A DNA stretch of 64,000 nt from a virus. The translations under genes and the position numbers were made by a program. Positions within the stretch are counted from its first letter, which is position 1. Every line of letters begins with the position of its first letter. Under the pieces are notes generated by a model. That model was given only the letters and a program-made list of their open reading frames with translations, did no database searches and was not told the DNA's origin. Positions 44,572-54,117 of this stretch are shown piece after piece. The stretch lies in the IMG/VR virus record IMGVR_UViG_3300020455_000008, positions 20,946-84,945 of that record; one strand, 5' to 3'.

Positions 44572-46281
44572 GTGGAGATACAGAAAAAGACAACAGGCAG
44601 AAAGCCTAAAGCCCCTAACCACATCTTAACAAGAGCCGAATTGCTTGATATAGCAGAGAAGTGTTTTCAGTTCTGTTTAGAAGCAACAGGTATACAATTA
44701 TATCCTTACCAAGAAGAGTTCGCTAGGCGAATATGTCAATCGGTTATTCTTGAAGATGGTGAAGAGATTACAGCTTTATTTGCTCGTCAGTCGGGTAAGA
44801 CTGAATCGGTATCAGTGGTCGTGGTGGGTTTATCAGTTATTCTACCTACTCTTGCTAAGACGGATGGTCTAAAAGAGGATGATCGGATCAACAAGTTCAA
44901 ACGAGGTTTGTGGGTAGGGATCTTTGCACCCAACTATGAGTTGGCGGGCGTTATGCATAGTCGTATGGCGAATCGTATGCAGTCTGAGACTATGTTACAA
45001 GTTTTGAAAGACCCAGAACTAGGGATTGATCTACAAGGTGGTCGCAAGGTTCTTAGGTTACCGAATGGCAGCTTTGTGGACGCTAATAGTGCGGGGCCAC
45101 AAGCGAATATCGAGGGTAAGACCTACCACTTAATTATTTGTGAAGAGACTCAGGACATATCAAACTATAAGATTCGTAAGAGTATACACCCTATGGGTGC
45201 AAGTACTAATGCGACAATGATTAAGATTGGTACACCTAACCAACAGAAAAATGAGTTCTTTGACGCTTGTGAGCGAAACAGAAAGAAGACTGCGACTGTG
45301 GGCAAGGGTGAGTTACCGAATCACTTCCAATATGACTATGAGCACCCTGCTAGGTATAACCCAAGATATGGATCTTACATCGAGAAGGAGATTGAGCGTT
45401 TAGGGTATGAGTCTGATGAGTTCAGAATGTCGTATCGGTTACACTGGATGTTAGAGCGTGGTCACTTTATCGCACCCGAGATCTTTGACGCTTGCGGTAT
45501 CAAAAAGACTGACAAGCTACGTGTTAAGAAAAAGGGTAAGTTTGTCCACTTCAAGCGTAATGAGAGTCATTACTACAACGATAACTCTACAGATAACATG
45601 GTAGCGTCCATAGATATTGGTAGAAGCAATGACTCTACGGTCGTGACTGTAGCTAAGGTTTGGTGGGATAATCCAATCATGTTTGCGGGTGAGGATCGGT
45701 ACTACACCCATATAGTGAATTGGTTAGAGATCCAGGGAGATGACCATGAGTCGCAGTATCCACAGATCCTTCAGTTCCTAGCCAACTACAAGATAGGTTC
45801 TATCATTGTGGACGCTACTGGTCGTGGTGATCCAATCTTTGACCGATTAAAAGCAGACTTGTATGAAGAAGGTATTAATGTTCAACCCTTTATCTTTAGT
45901 CAACGAACTAAACACGAGGGGTATACGATACTTTACCAAGAGATCAAGGTGCAGCGATTAACCTATCCTGCAAGTGATCATGCACGTTCATACAGAAGGT
46001 GGCAGAAGTTTGTCAGAGAGATGTATGACCTTCAGAAGGATTGGCGTGGTAAGTACATGGATGTTAAAGCGCCAACAAGTGGTAAGAAAAAAACGGGTTC
46101 AGATGGTCACGATGATTACAGTGATTCACTAATGATGTTATGCTATCTAATCAATCGCAAAATGGTGTCTGCGGAGACTGCGGATAACCCTTTCTTAGGT
46201 AATGCGGTTGGCGATACAAGAAGGCGTTATTCTGCTCAGATAAAAGGTGGTCGTGCTCGGAGGAAGTTTGATGGCTGGTGA
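44572..46281 (+). CDS. Terminase large subunit
   Basis: ARQSGKT, IICEETQD, IGTP, SIDIGRSND, HDDYSDS. Confidence 0.92.
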   Translation: MEIQKKTTGRKPKAPNHILTRAELLDIAEKCFQFCLEATGIQLYPYQEEFARRICQSVILEDGEEITALFARQSGKTESVSVVVVGLSVILPTLAKTDGLKEDDRINKFKRGLWVGIFAPNYELAGVMHSRMANRMQSETMLQVLKDPELGIDLQGGRKVLRLPNGSFVDANSAGPQANIEGKTYHLIICEETQDISNYKIRKSIHPMGASTNATMIKIGTPNQQKNEFFDACERNRKKTATVGKGELPNHFQYDYEHPARYNPRYGSYIEKEIERLGYESDEFRMSYRLHWMLERGHFIAPEIFDACGIKKTDKLRVKKKGKFVHFKRNESHYYNDNSTDNMVASIDIGRSNDSTVVTVAKVWWDNPIMFAGEDRYYTHIVNWLEIQGDDHESQYPQILQFLANYKIGSIIVDATGRGDPIFDRLKADLYEEGINVQPFIFSQRTKHEGYTILYQEIKVQRLTYPASDHARSYRRWQKFVREMYDLQKDWRGKYMDVKAPTSGKKKTGSDGHDDYSDSLMMLCYLINRKMVSAETADNPFLGNAVGDTRRRYSAQIKGGRARRKFDGW

Positions 46282-46492
46282 ACAACTAACAATAGAACAG
46301 ATCTGTGAACTCAGTGGTTTATCTGCTAGGGCAATTAAGAAAGCCCTTTCTAAGGGTGACCTTCTTGATCAATCTCCTAGCTGTGTAGGGGAGTGGCTAA
46401 AATCTTCAATACAGATTAAAATGAGCGCAACAACGACTCGAACAGGCATACGCAAGGACAGAGAACCTATTGTCCATCGAAAGTGGGATTGA
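46271..46492 (+). CDS. Small HTH protein
   Basis: LTIEQICELSGLSARAIKK. Confidence 0.55.
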   Translation: MAGEQLTIEQICELSGLSARAIKKALSKGDLLDQSPSCVGEWLKSSIQIKMSATTTRTGIRKDREPIVHRKWD

Positions 46493-46500
46493 GGTGATAT

Positions 46501-48108
46501 ATGGGATTAATGAGTAGAGGTATAATAGCTGGCACACCCTATGGCAGTGCAGACTCCAATGTATATCAACTAGTCACCTCGACTGAGTTAGAACACTCAG
46601 CTAGGTTACAGAGATATAGAGAACACATGAGGTTCTACAGGGGTAAGCATTGGGATCACACTAGGGATGTGAATGAGCCATTTGTAACAATGAACTATTG
46701 TAGAAGGTTTGTAGACGCAAGTGTAAACTTTCTGATGAAGAGTGGCTTTACGGTGACGATACCCGATGATCCTGCAACACCAAGCAAAGAAGATGAGGAC
46801 AGAGAGTTTGTACGTCTAATGTTGGAGGGTACATGGGCTAAAAATAAGCGAGAACTAGTCGCTTTTGAAATGGCTCAGATGGGAGCTATTACGGGTGATG
46901 TTTTCATAAGGGTTTCCTGGGAAGAGAATGACCCGATTGAGAGTCCTTATGCTAGAGTGGATGTATTGCCTTCACAATATGTCTTCCCATCGTTTGGTGG
47001 TCCACATGGTGTGGATCGTAAGAAAGTAAACTCGATCTTAGTTCTATTCCCAAGATTTAAGAATGGTGACGCTTCATCTACGAATACCTTCGGTGACATA
47101 CCTTCACACAATGTGGAATGGTTTGGTGAGAGATGGTTTCCCAACAAGGTGATTGAGTATTCCCCATATGGTGGTGAGGTTGAACGGCCTAATCCTTTGG
47201 GTGAAATCCCTATAGTACATATCCCTAACTATCCGATTGCTGGAGAGTTCTATGGTCGTAGTGACTTAGTTGACATAATTGACTTGCAGCGTGAGTACAA
47301 TGAGAAGGCAACAGATATTAGTGATGTGATTAACTATCATGGTAGTCCTGTCACGATTGTGAAGGGTGCTAAGTTGACGCAGCTTGAGCGTGGCGCAAAT
47401 CGTATGTGGGGGCTACCTGACAATGCGTCTGTAGAAAACCTATCTCTGAATGGTGAGCTAGGACCATCGATGGAGTATTTAGATCGGATCAAGAAGGCTA
47501 TGCATGAGATAGGCGGTGTGCCTGAGATTGCTTTGACCTCTAATATCAATAACCGAGAAACGGGTGCTTCAGTCTCTATGAGATATATGCCTATGTTAGA
47601 GTCTAGGCAAGTAAAGGTTCAGACCTATGGTGCAGGTCTTCGTTTGATTAATCGTTTGGTTATGAAGATCACAGCTTTAGCCGATAATGATTTTGGTCGT
47701 GAGTTTGATAAGTTGAACGAGAAGAACAAATATAGAAATCATGTTCTCTTTCCTTCTCCTCTACCAAGGGATGAGAGTATTGAGCTGGACAGAGCAACCA
47801 CTCGCTTAGATATTGGTATTACTTCTAAGCGGTTTGAGATGGAGAAGATGGGAATGTCTCAAAGAGAGATTGAAAAGATCAAACAGGACATCGAGGATGA
47901 AAGAGAAGAACTGGCTGAACTAGAATTTTCTATTGGGCAGAAGTTTATGGATGATAGCGAAGCACCAGAGTCTGAAGAAGTTAGTCTTCCACCATCTTTG
48001 GAGAAACCCAAAGAGAGAAGTGGTAACCCTAACCCAAGAAGACCAAATCCCGACTCGGTAGGTGAGTCTATCTCTAACTCTAAAACTTCGGATATGATGG
48101 ATGGCTAA
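46501..48108 (+). CDS. Portal protein (SPP1 gp6-like)
   Basis: FYRGKHW, NPLGEIPIVHIPN, GRSDL; follows terminase. Confidence 0.88.
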   Translation: MGLMSRGIIAGTPYGSADSNVYQLVTSTELEHSARLQRYREHMRFYRGKHWDHTRDVNEPFVTMNYCRRFVDASVNFLMKSGFTVTIPDDPATPSKEDEDREFVRLMLEGTWAKNKRELVAFEMAQMGAITGDVFIRVSWEENDPIESPYARVDVLPSQYVFPSFGGPHGVDRKKVNSILVLFPRFKNGDASSTNTFGDIPSHNVEWFGERWFPNKVIEYSPYGGEVERPNPLGEIPIVHIPNYPIAGEFYGRSDLVDIIDLQREYNEKATDISDVINYHGSPVTIVKGAKLTQLERGANRMWGLPDNASVENLSLNGELGPSMEYLDRIKKAMHEIGGVPEIALTSNINNRETGASVSMRYMPMLESRQVKVQTYGAGLRLINRLVMKITALADNDFGREFDKLNEKNKYRNHVLFPSPLPRDESIELDRATTRLDIGITSKRFEMEKMGMSQREIEKIKQDIEDEREELAELEFSIGQKFMDDSEAPESEEVSLPPSLEKPKERSGNPNPRRPNPDSVGESISNSKTSDMMDG

Positions 48109-49072
48109 AAAGAAGTTTGTAGCTCAATCACCTAACAAGGGTGGTGGGTTAGTTTCTGATACACATACAGTAAAGACTGTAAGTGGTGGCTCGATGATCT
48201 TGAAGGCACGTCCTTTAAGTGTACGCAAGGGTGAACGCAACTATGAGGTTGCTGACGCTAAAAGGCGTATACTGAATAGATTACCTACCCAAGATGGTCG
48301 AGTACGGACTTTGATGTTGAATGGTATTCAAAAGGCAGAAGCAGTATTTCTGCGATATGATACAAGACGTAACAGTAGTACGGGTAAGTTAAGGCCACCC
48401 GAAAAGACAGCTCTTGCGAGAGAGCTAGAGGGTGTGGTGCGTAGTACAGTTCGTTCTGCTAGGGATCAAGTTCTTGAGAACATAGAAGGCTCAGTGAAAA
48501 CCTATTTGATTGGTGTAAGGCGAGGTCTTCCCAACAAAGACGTTTTACCTATGGCTACGATTAACCAAATTGCTAAACGAAAAGCTTTGCAGATCTATAA
48601 CCAACCTACGGGTAAGGATGGTATGAATACCGCACAGCGATTAGCAGGTGTTGGTGCTAGAATGGAAGGTGAACTAACCAAGCTCTTAGACTTGGGTATG
48701 CTCAATAGAATCAAACAGAGAAGCAAACTAAAGAAGTCCTTAGTAGACTCAAAGGGTGCGAATCGAGCGTGTGCTGCAAAGTCGATTAGTCGCATTAACC
48801 GTACAGAGCAGAACAGAGCTATGCACTCAGCTACCATTGAAGCAATGCAAGCTATTGGTGTGAATCTGTTCTATTGGAGACTCAGTGCCAGCCACAAGAG
48901 CTATGGGGGCGCAGAGGTCTGTGAGGTTTTATCTGTATCTACGGGTTCAGATGTAAGTAGTGTGTTACCCTCTGATTTCGGTAGAACTTTGAGTGGTTTA
49001 TATACTGACTCTAGTTTACCTGACTTGCCCCATCCTAACTGTATGTGCAGTATAGAGCCGATTTTAGTTTGA
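48101..49072 (+). CDS. Head morphogenesis protein (Mu gpF/SPP1 gp7-like)
   Basis: RINRTE, C-terminal PHPNCMC. Confidence 0.75.
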   Translation: MAKKKFVAQSPNKGGGLVSDTHTVKTVSGGSMILKARPLSVRKGERNYEVADAKRRILNRLPTQDGRVRTLMLNGIQKAEAVFLRYDTRRNSSTGKLRPPEKTALARELEGVVRSTVRSARDQVLENIEGSVKTYLIGVRRGLPNKDVLPMATINQIAKRKALQIYNQPTGKDGMNTAQRLAGVGARMEGELTKLLDLGMLNRIKQRSKLKKSLVDSKGANRACAAKSISRINRTEQNRAMHSATIEAMQAIGVNLFYWRLSASHKSYGGAEVCEVLSVSTGSDVSSVLPSDFGRTLSGLYTDSSLPDLPHPNCMCSIEPILV

Positions 49073-49148
49073 TTATCTTTGTGCTATCATAGATAATCCC
49101 TATGGATAATTTTATTTTTTCAAAAACCAATTACATTGGAGAATCATT

Positions 49149-49352
49149 ATGCCTTTGTACTCAGCAAACAATGCAAAGCCAAGTAATCGTGCAGGTCAAG
49201 ACGCTACTACTCGTGATCGTGGTATGACTGATTACTTTGATATGCGTAAACAACCAAACAAGGCTAAAGTTCAAGATGGCCGCCTTGTGATGATGCAGAA
49301 CGCTGCAGGTCAACACGCTCGTAGAGCGCCAAAAGTTGATATTCTCCGCTAA
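49149..49352 (+). CDS. Small hypothetical protein
   Basis: GGAG RBS. Confidence 0.6.
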   Translation: MPLYSANNAKPSNRAGQDATTRDRGMTDYFDMRKQPNKAKVQDGRLVMMQNAAGQHARRAPKVDILR

Positions 49353-49395
49353 TTAAATTTTAAGCGCACCTAACGATAAAAGGGCATATAGATAA

Positions 49396-50121
49396 ATGAG
49401 TGATACGACAAATACTACGCCAGCGAACACAGAAGAAAGTCAAGCGACCAACCCTACCCCTACAACCGATAGCAAAGATGTTGAGTCTAAGCCTTCTGAG
49501 GAAGTCTATACAAAGTCTCAGCTAGATGAATTGCTAAACAAGGTTAGGAGAGAAGAGAAGGACAAGCTATACAAGTCTCTTGAGAAGACAAAAGCTGAAT
49601 CCCAAACTCTTCAAACCGAGCGTGACAAGGTGCTAGAAGATTTAAAACTAGCGAAAGACCAACTTTCTACTTTACAGGACTCTAATATGAGTGACATTGA
49701 AAAAGTAAATAAGCAGATTGAGCTGCTTGCTGAACAGAATGACCTTCTTAAAAAGCAACTTGAATCCGTTTCACAGCAAGCGGAAGCAAGAGTGCGTGAG
49801 AGTGAAGTGAAATCTTATCGGCAAAAGCGGATTGAGAATAGCGGTTTACTTTTCCCCGAAATGGTAACGGGCAGCTCTCCCGAAGAGATTGACGCTTCCA
49901 TTGAGTTACTTTTAGAGCGAGAGAAGTCAGTTAGAAGTCAGTTAGAAGACAAGCTTCGTAGTGAGAGGGCGCAGGATGTACCTCGTCCAATGTCTCCCGA
50001 AATGAGTCAACCTAATGTTGCTTCTGCTGATCGTTATCGAGTCTCTAAGATGAGTCGTGACGAATACAGTGCGTATCGTCAAAAACTAATGGCGCAAGCC
50101 TTAGATTCAGTTCGCAGATAA
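49396..50121 (+). CDS. Capsid scaffolding protein
   Basis: Coiled coil, KVRREEKDKLY, C-terminal MSRDEY; directly before MCP. Confidence 0.8.
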   Translation: MSDTTNTTPANTEESQATNPTPTTDSKDVESKPSEEVYTKSQLDELLNKVRREEKDKLYKSLEKTKAESQTLQTERDKVLEDLKLAKDQLSTLQDSNMSDIEKVNKQIELLAEQNDLLKKQLESVSQQAEARVRESEVKSYRQKRIENSGLLFPEMVTGSSPEEIDASIELLLEREKSVRSQLEDKLRSERAQDVPRPMSPEMSQPNVASADRYRVSKMSRDEYSAYRQKLMAQALDSVRR

Positions 50122-50156
50122 ACATTAATATTTAACTTTTAAGTTAGGAGTCAATT

Positions 50157-51194
50157 ATGGCTATTTCAGGTGTAGGTTCGTTAAATCTTGCTACAGGTGT
50201 CCGTTCCGATATGGGCGCTGGTAGTGGTAGTGCTATTACTACGCTTCCCTCAGCTCTACTAGACGTATTCAGTTTAGATATTCTTCATAACGCTCAAGGT
50301 ATTATGCGTTTTGAAGACTTTGCAGTTCGTAAACAAGAACTTCTCGCAAGTCCAGGCGAAATCGTTAAGTTTACCACTTACGATGATATTACTAGAGGTG
50401 GAAAACTAGACGAGAATGACATTCTTGGCTCACAAACTATGGCAGCTACCCAAAAAGGTATTCAAGTAAGTGAATGGGGTAACGCTATCAAGGTTTCTGA
50501 GAAGTTACTTCGTCTTTCATGGGATGACGTTATGTCAGAAGCGGCTACTCTTTTGGGTCGTGACTATGGTGTCGTTCGTGATCTTGCACTTCGTGACGCT
50601 TTATTTAATGGTGTAGCAAGCGCAATCACTGCGGGTGATATTGGTCAAGAACACAACTTCGACACAGACGCAACTGCTGGTATAAATCTAGGTAGCATTA
50701 GTCCTACTGAGACTTTTGATATTGAATCAATTCGTAAAGCAGTAGAAATTCTTCAAACACAAAATGCACCTAAATTCTTTGGTGACTATTATGTGTGCTT
50801 CCTTCACCCACACCAAGCTGCATATCTCCGAAGAGATCAAGATTGGATTAATGCTCACCAATATGTTGGTACTCGTAACCTATTTAATGGTGAAATTGGT
50901 CGTTGGGAAGACGTGATCTTCATCGTTACTACTCACGCTCCAAATGGTGTTGGTTCAGAAACTACAAATGTAGGATATGACAGCACTCTTGATGGCACAG
51001 GTGGTGACAGTGGAGATCTTTACAAAGCTTGTATATTCGGTGACCAATGTCTATACGTTGCAGATAGTCTTCCTGTTGAACTTCGTGACAACGGTGTTGA
51101 AGACTTTGGCCGTACACATGGTCTAGCTTGGTACTCAATCTTTGGTGTTGAATGTCTCAAGCCCGAGTATGCAGTAACCATTACTTCTGCCTAA
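50157..51194 (+). CDS. Major capsid protein (N4-gp56-like family)
   Basis: MRFEDFAVRKQEL, EWGNAI, HPHQ, GEIGR, PVELRD.G..DFGR.H.LAWY. Confidence 0.9.
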   Translation: MAISGVGSLNLATGVRSDMGAGSGSAITTLPSALLDVFSLDILHNAQGIMRFEDFAVRKQELLASPGEIVKFTTYDDITRGGKLDENDILGSQTMAATQKGIQVSEWGNAIKVSEKLLRLSWDDVMSEAATLLGRDYGVVRDLALRDALFNGVASAITAGDIGQEHNFDTDATAGINLGSISPTETFDIESIRKAVEILQTQNAPKFFGDYYVCFLHPHQAAYLRRDQDWINAHQYVGTRNLFNGEIGRWEDVIFIVTTHAPNGVGSETTNVGYDSTLDGTGGDSGDLYKACIFGDQCLYVADSLPVELRDNGVEDFGRTHGLAWYSIFGVECLKPEYAVTITSA

Positions 51195-51215
51195 TTTATA
51201 ACAAAGAGGATATAA

Positions 51216-51515
51216 ATGATGACACGTAAAAAGAAAAGCGCAGATGAAGTCAAAGAAGTCGCACAAGAGATTGCTTCTGTTGTAATTGCAGAGAAGCCGA
51301 AGGTAGAAGTACCTAAAGCTAAGGTGGTTGAAGAGCCAAAGGTTCAAGAGGTGAAGGTTGCGAAAACAGCTCCAGTCAAAAATATTCGTATAAAGGCTAC
51401 CACCTCGATGAGAGGTCAGTATAATAACTTACGATACGAAATTAAGAGTGGAGAGGTTTATACCTTCCCCGAACCTCTTGCAAAGTGGCTCATCGATCTA
51501 GGTAGAGCTATCTAA
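51216..51515 (+). CDS. Hypothetical virion-associated protein
   Basis: After MCP; K/E/V/P-rich. Confidence 0.65.
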   Translation: MMTRKKKSADEVKEVAQEIASVVIAEKPKVEVPKAKVVEEPKVQEVKVAKTAPVKNIRIKATTSMRGQYNNLRYEIKSGEVYTFPEPLAKWLIDLGRAI

Positions 51516-51530
51516 GAGTATGGAGATATT

Positions 51531-52319
51531 ATGGCTGATATTAACTCACTCATTAGGCGAATAAGGGCTAGAGTACACGATAACGTCAGTCATACATCGA
51601 GACAGGATGGTAGACCTTTATACTTAGACTCTTATTACATTGATAGTATTGAGAGTGGTTTAGGTCGATTGAACCTAGATACAGATAGTGCATATACGGT
51701 AGCTACGTTGCCCGTTAAATACGAATACTTAGCGGAGCTTCGTGGTACGATTAATATGTGCTATGTTCGAGGTGCAGAGGGCGCTACAGGTGATGTAGAA
51801 GACTTCCCCGATGTGCCCGATCAAATAGTCACTGTTCCTCAACTTACGGTGCAGAGACAACAAATGCCACTAGATGGACCAAAGTTTTGGTTACGTCTAG
51901 GTGAGAAGCTAGAGAATGAATACCTTGAAGCTCTAGCTAGGTTAAGAGACAGAGGTGATGAGGGTGCTGAGATTCAGCAATACACCATGTCGAGAATGTC
52001 ATTAAGAACTGGTAGGCGTATGCCTTATGTCTATGACAAGGCCATTACACCGCCTGAAGGTTTTGCGGTATCTGTGAGTGGCAATGTGGTGAATGTGGTA
52101 TGGGGTGTCGTGTATGACGAATACTTCAACTACTATGAGCTACAAAGAAGTAGTACGATAGATTTTGCGTCCAAGACCACGATCTATTCATCTAGCGATA
52201 ATCACGATAATATCTTCAACGATTCGCCTGGAGTGGGTCAGTGGTATTATCGTGTAGCGATCTACAACTCTAATGATCTTGTCTCTTACACATCTTCTGC
52301 AAGTGTTGAAGTACAATGA
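51531..52319 (+). CDS. Head-tail adaptor-like protein with C-terminal Fn3-like domain
   Basis: Position; V.W...YELQRS...YYRVA. Confidence 0.6.
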   Translation: MADINSLIRRIRARVHDNVSHTSRQDGRPLYLDSYYIDSIESGLGRLNLDTDSAYTVATLPVKYEYLAELRGTINMCYVRGAEGATGDVEDFPDVPDQIVTVPQLTVQRQQMPLDGPKFWLRLGEKLENEYLEALARLRDRGDEGAEIQQYTMSRMSLRTGRRMPYVYDKAITPPEGFAVSVSGNVVNVVWGVVYDEYFNYYELQRSSTIDFASKTTIYSSSDNHDNIFNDSPGVGQWYYRVAIYNSNDLVSYTSSASVEVQ

Positions 52320-52753
52320 GTAAGAGTGTGATGAATGTAGCGCAAAAAGGGCTACTAAGGCAGCACAAAGCATACGGAGAGCTGGTAAGGCTCTTGAAGT
52401 ATATGCCAAGTGCTACAGGTGGTATTTATAGACAAAGAAAACGTGTATATGAGTCTCCATATGAGATTAAGGCTTCAGTGGCAAGGTTGCCCGAAGAGGA
52501 GATACTTAGTCGCATAGGGGAAGCTTCTGAGCGCAATGCCGAAATAACGATCCCAGTGGCTTATCTTAGAGAGGTCTTTGGTACATCTACTAAGCTAAGG
52601 GATATGATCACTACGAGTGATTTGATTGTGTTTGATAATCGTGTATGGCGTATCACACAGTGTTCGTTTACGGGTCGTATAGGAGATGAGCCACTTTTGG
52701 TGTATATTCTTCTTAGAGAGAAGTTGGGCGCTAAGGAGGTGGATTATGCCTAG
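52316..52753 (+). CDS. Head closure-like protein
   Basis: Position; DLIVFDNRVWRI. Confidence 0.55.
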   Translation: MSKSVMNVAQKGLLRQHKAYGELVRLLKYMPSATGGIYRQRKRVYESPYEIKASVARLPEEEILSRIGEASERNAEITIPVAYLREVFGTSTKLRDMITTSDLIVFDNRVWRITQCSFTGRIGDEPLLVYILLREKLGAKEVDYA

Positions 52754-53387
52754 TGCAAAAGATCCATTTTCAATGAGAATTACGGGTACTTTCTTTGGCG
52801 TAAAGGTCAATGCGTCTTACAAAGAGTTTAGGCGTATACGGAGTAAGCTGAGTCTTACGCAGAGTCAGTTACTTGGTAAGCTTATGCCTATGTTCAAAAA
52901 GAGGTTAGAGAACCGTATACCTAAGTTAATCCACCAACTACAGCATGGTGTCCAAGAGTTGCAAGGAACTGCGGAATTTGAGAGTCAATCTAACACTCAC
53001 GGTCACACACCACACAAAACAATAAAAGATCCTTTAAGCCGTATTGTGCGGCATGGTCTGAAGTACAAGCTCGAAGCCCATAAAGATAGTTTTAAGGTGA
53101 TGGTTATCCCAAAAAGGAATAGGGATAAGCGGATAAATTATCACACTAAGATGAAAAAGACCCCAAGGATCTTCCATGAGGGGTATACATACAATCCGAA
53201 CGATAAGAAGCCAAAGAATCGTGGTGTGTTACAAGGTTTAGATAACACTTGTTTGCCTTTCTTTAGGAATAGGCAACACGCTTTGATTATTGAGCGTTGG
53301 TTAGAGTTTAGTCGTATAGGTATGGCATATGCAATCAATGCATTTTTAAAAGGCGTACCTGACGATATGAAGGATGGTAAGTACTAA
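52746..53387 (+). CDS. Basic neck/tail-completion-like protein
   Basis: Position; AGGAGG RBS. Confidence 0.5.
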   Translation: MPSAKDPFSMRITGTFFGVKVNASYKEFRRIRSKLSLTQSQLLGKLMPMFKKRLENRIPKLIHQLQHGVQELQGTAEFESQSNTHGHTPHKTIKDPLSRIVRHGLKYKLEAHKDSFKVMVIPKRNRDKRINYHTKMKKTPRIFHEGYTYNPNDKKPKNRGVLQGLDNTCLPFFRNRQHALIIERWLEFSRIGMAYAINAFLKGVPDDMKDGKY

Positions 53388-54109
53388 TGGCAGTTGCATT
53401 TTGGAAATTAGAGGACGCTTTCGTTCAGTCTTTTACGGGTAAGCAGCTAAGAGATAGAAATGGTCGGTTTAACCCAGTACCGATCTTCTTAGATTATCCC
53501 GATATAGAAGAAGCACCCGAACAGAGGTTTCCTTCAATCTCTATTATGTTTAGTGGTATGTCTCCCGATATAGAGATGTATGACTCCTCCCAACAGCGCA
53601 CCTTAGACGTAGACTACTCTACGTCACCGCCTACCTTTGTTAAGAGAAGGATGGCTGAATTTTATGATATTCGATATGAGATCAGATCCTTTACGCTGAG
53701 TGCCGCAGAGGATCGTGAGCTAACACGTTGGGTAGAGTCTCGCTATGCCCCTAGAGACATAGTGACTGTGGATGGTCAAGCGTATCATGTATTCAGAGAG
53801 AGCTTTAGTGTAGCCGACTCTGTAGATGTAGATACTGTAATCTATGAAAAGACATGGGAGTACAGTATAAAGGCTGAAATAGAGGACACAGATAACGATG
53901 ACTACCAAAAAGGCGTAAATGAGGTTAGAATAGAGTCGAATATTGTAAAGACAACCCCTATTAAAATTATTGAACCAACAAGTGCTACTCAAGCAAAATA
54001 TGTATATAATGCACCCAAGTCTGCAACTACCGCAGACAAAGCCGACAAGACACTAAGTCGAGTAGTTGCTTTTGATGACCAAACATATTGGTTTCTTCCT
54101 AAAAAGTGA
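53387..54109 (+). CDS. Tail terminator-like protein
   Basis: FPSISI motif; directly before sheath. Confidence 0.55.
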   Translation: MAVAFWKLEDAFVQSFTGKQLRDRNGRFNPVPIFLDYPDIEEAPEQRFPSISIMFSGMSPDIEMYDSSQQRTLDVDYSTSPPTFVKRRMAEFYDIRYEIRSFTLSAAEDRELTRWVESRYAPRDIVTVDGQAYHVFRESFSVADSVDVDTVIYEKTWEYSIKAEIEDTDNDDYQKGVNEVRIESNIVKTTPIKIIEPTSATQAKYVYNAPKSATTADKADKTLSRVVAFDDQTYWFLPKK

Positions 54110-54117
54110 GGTGAATT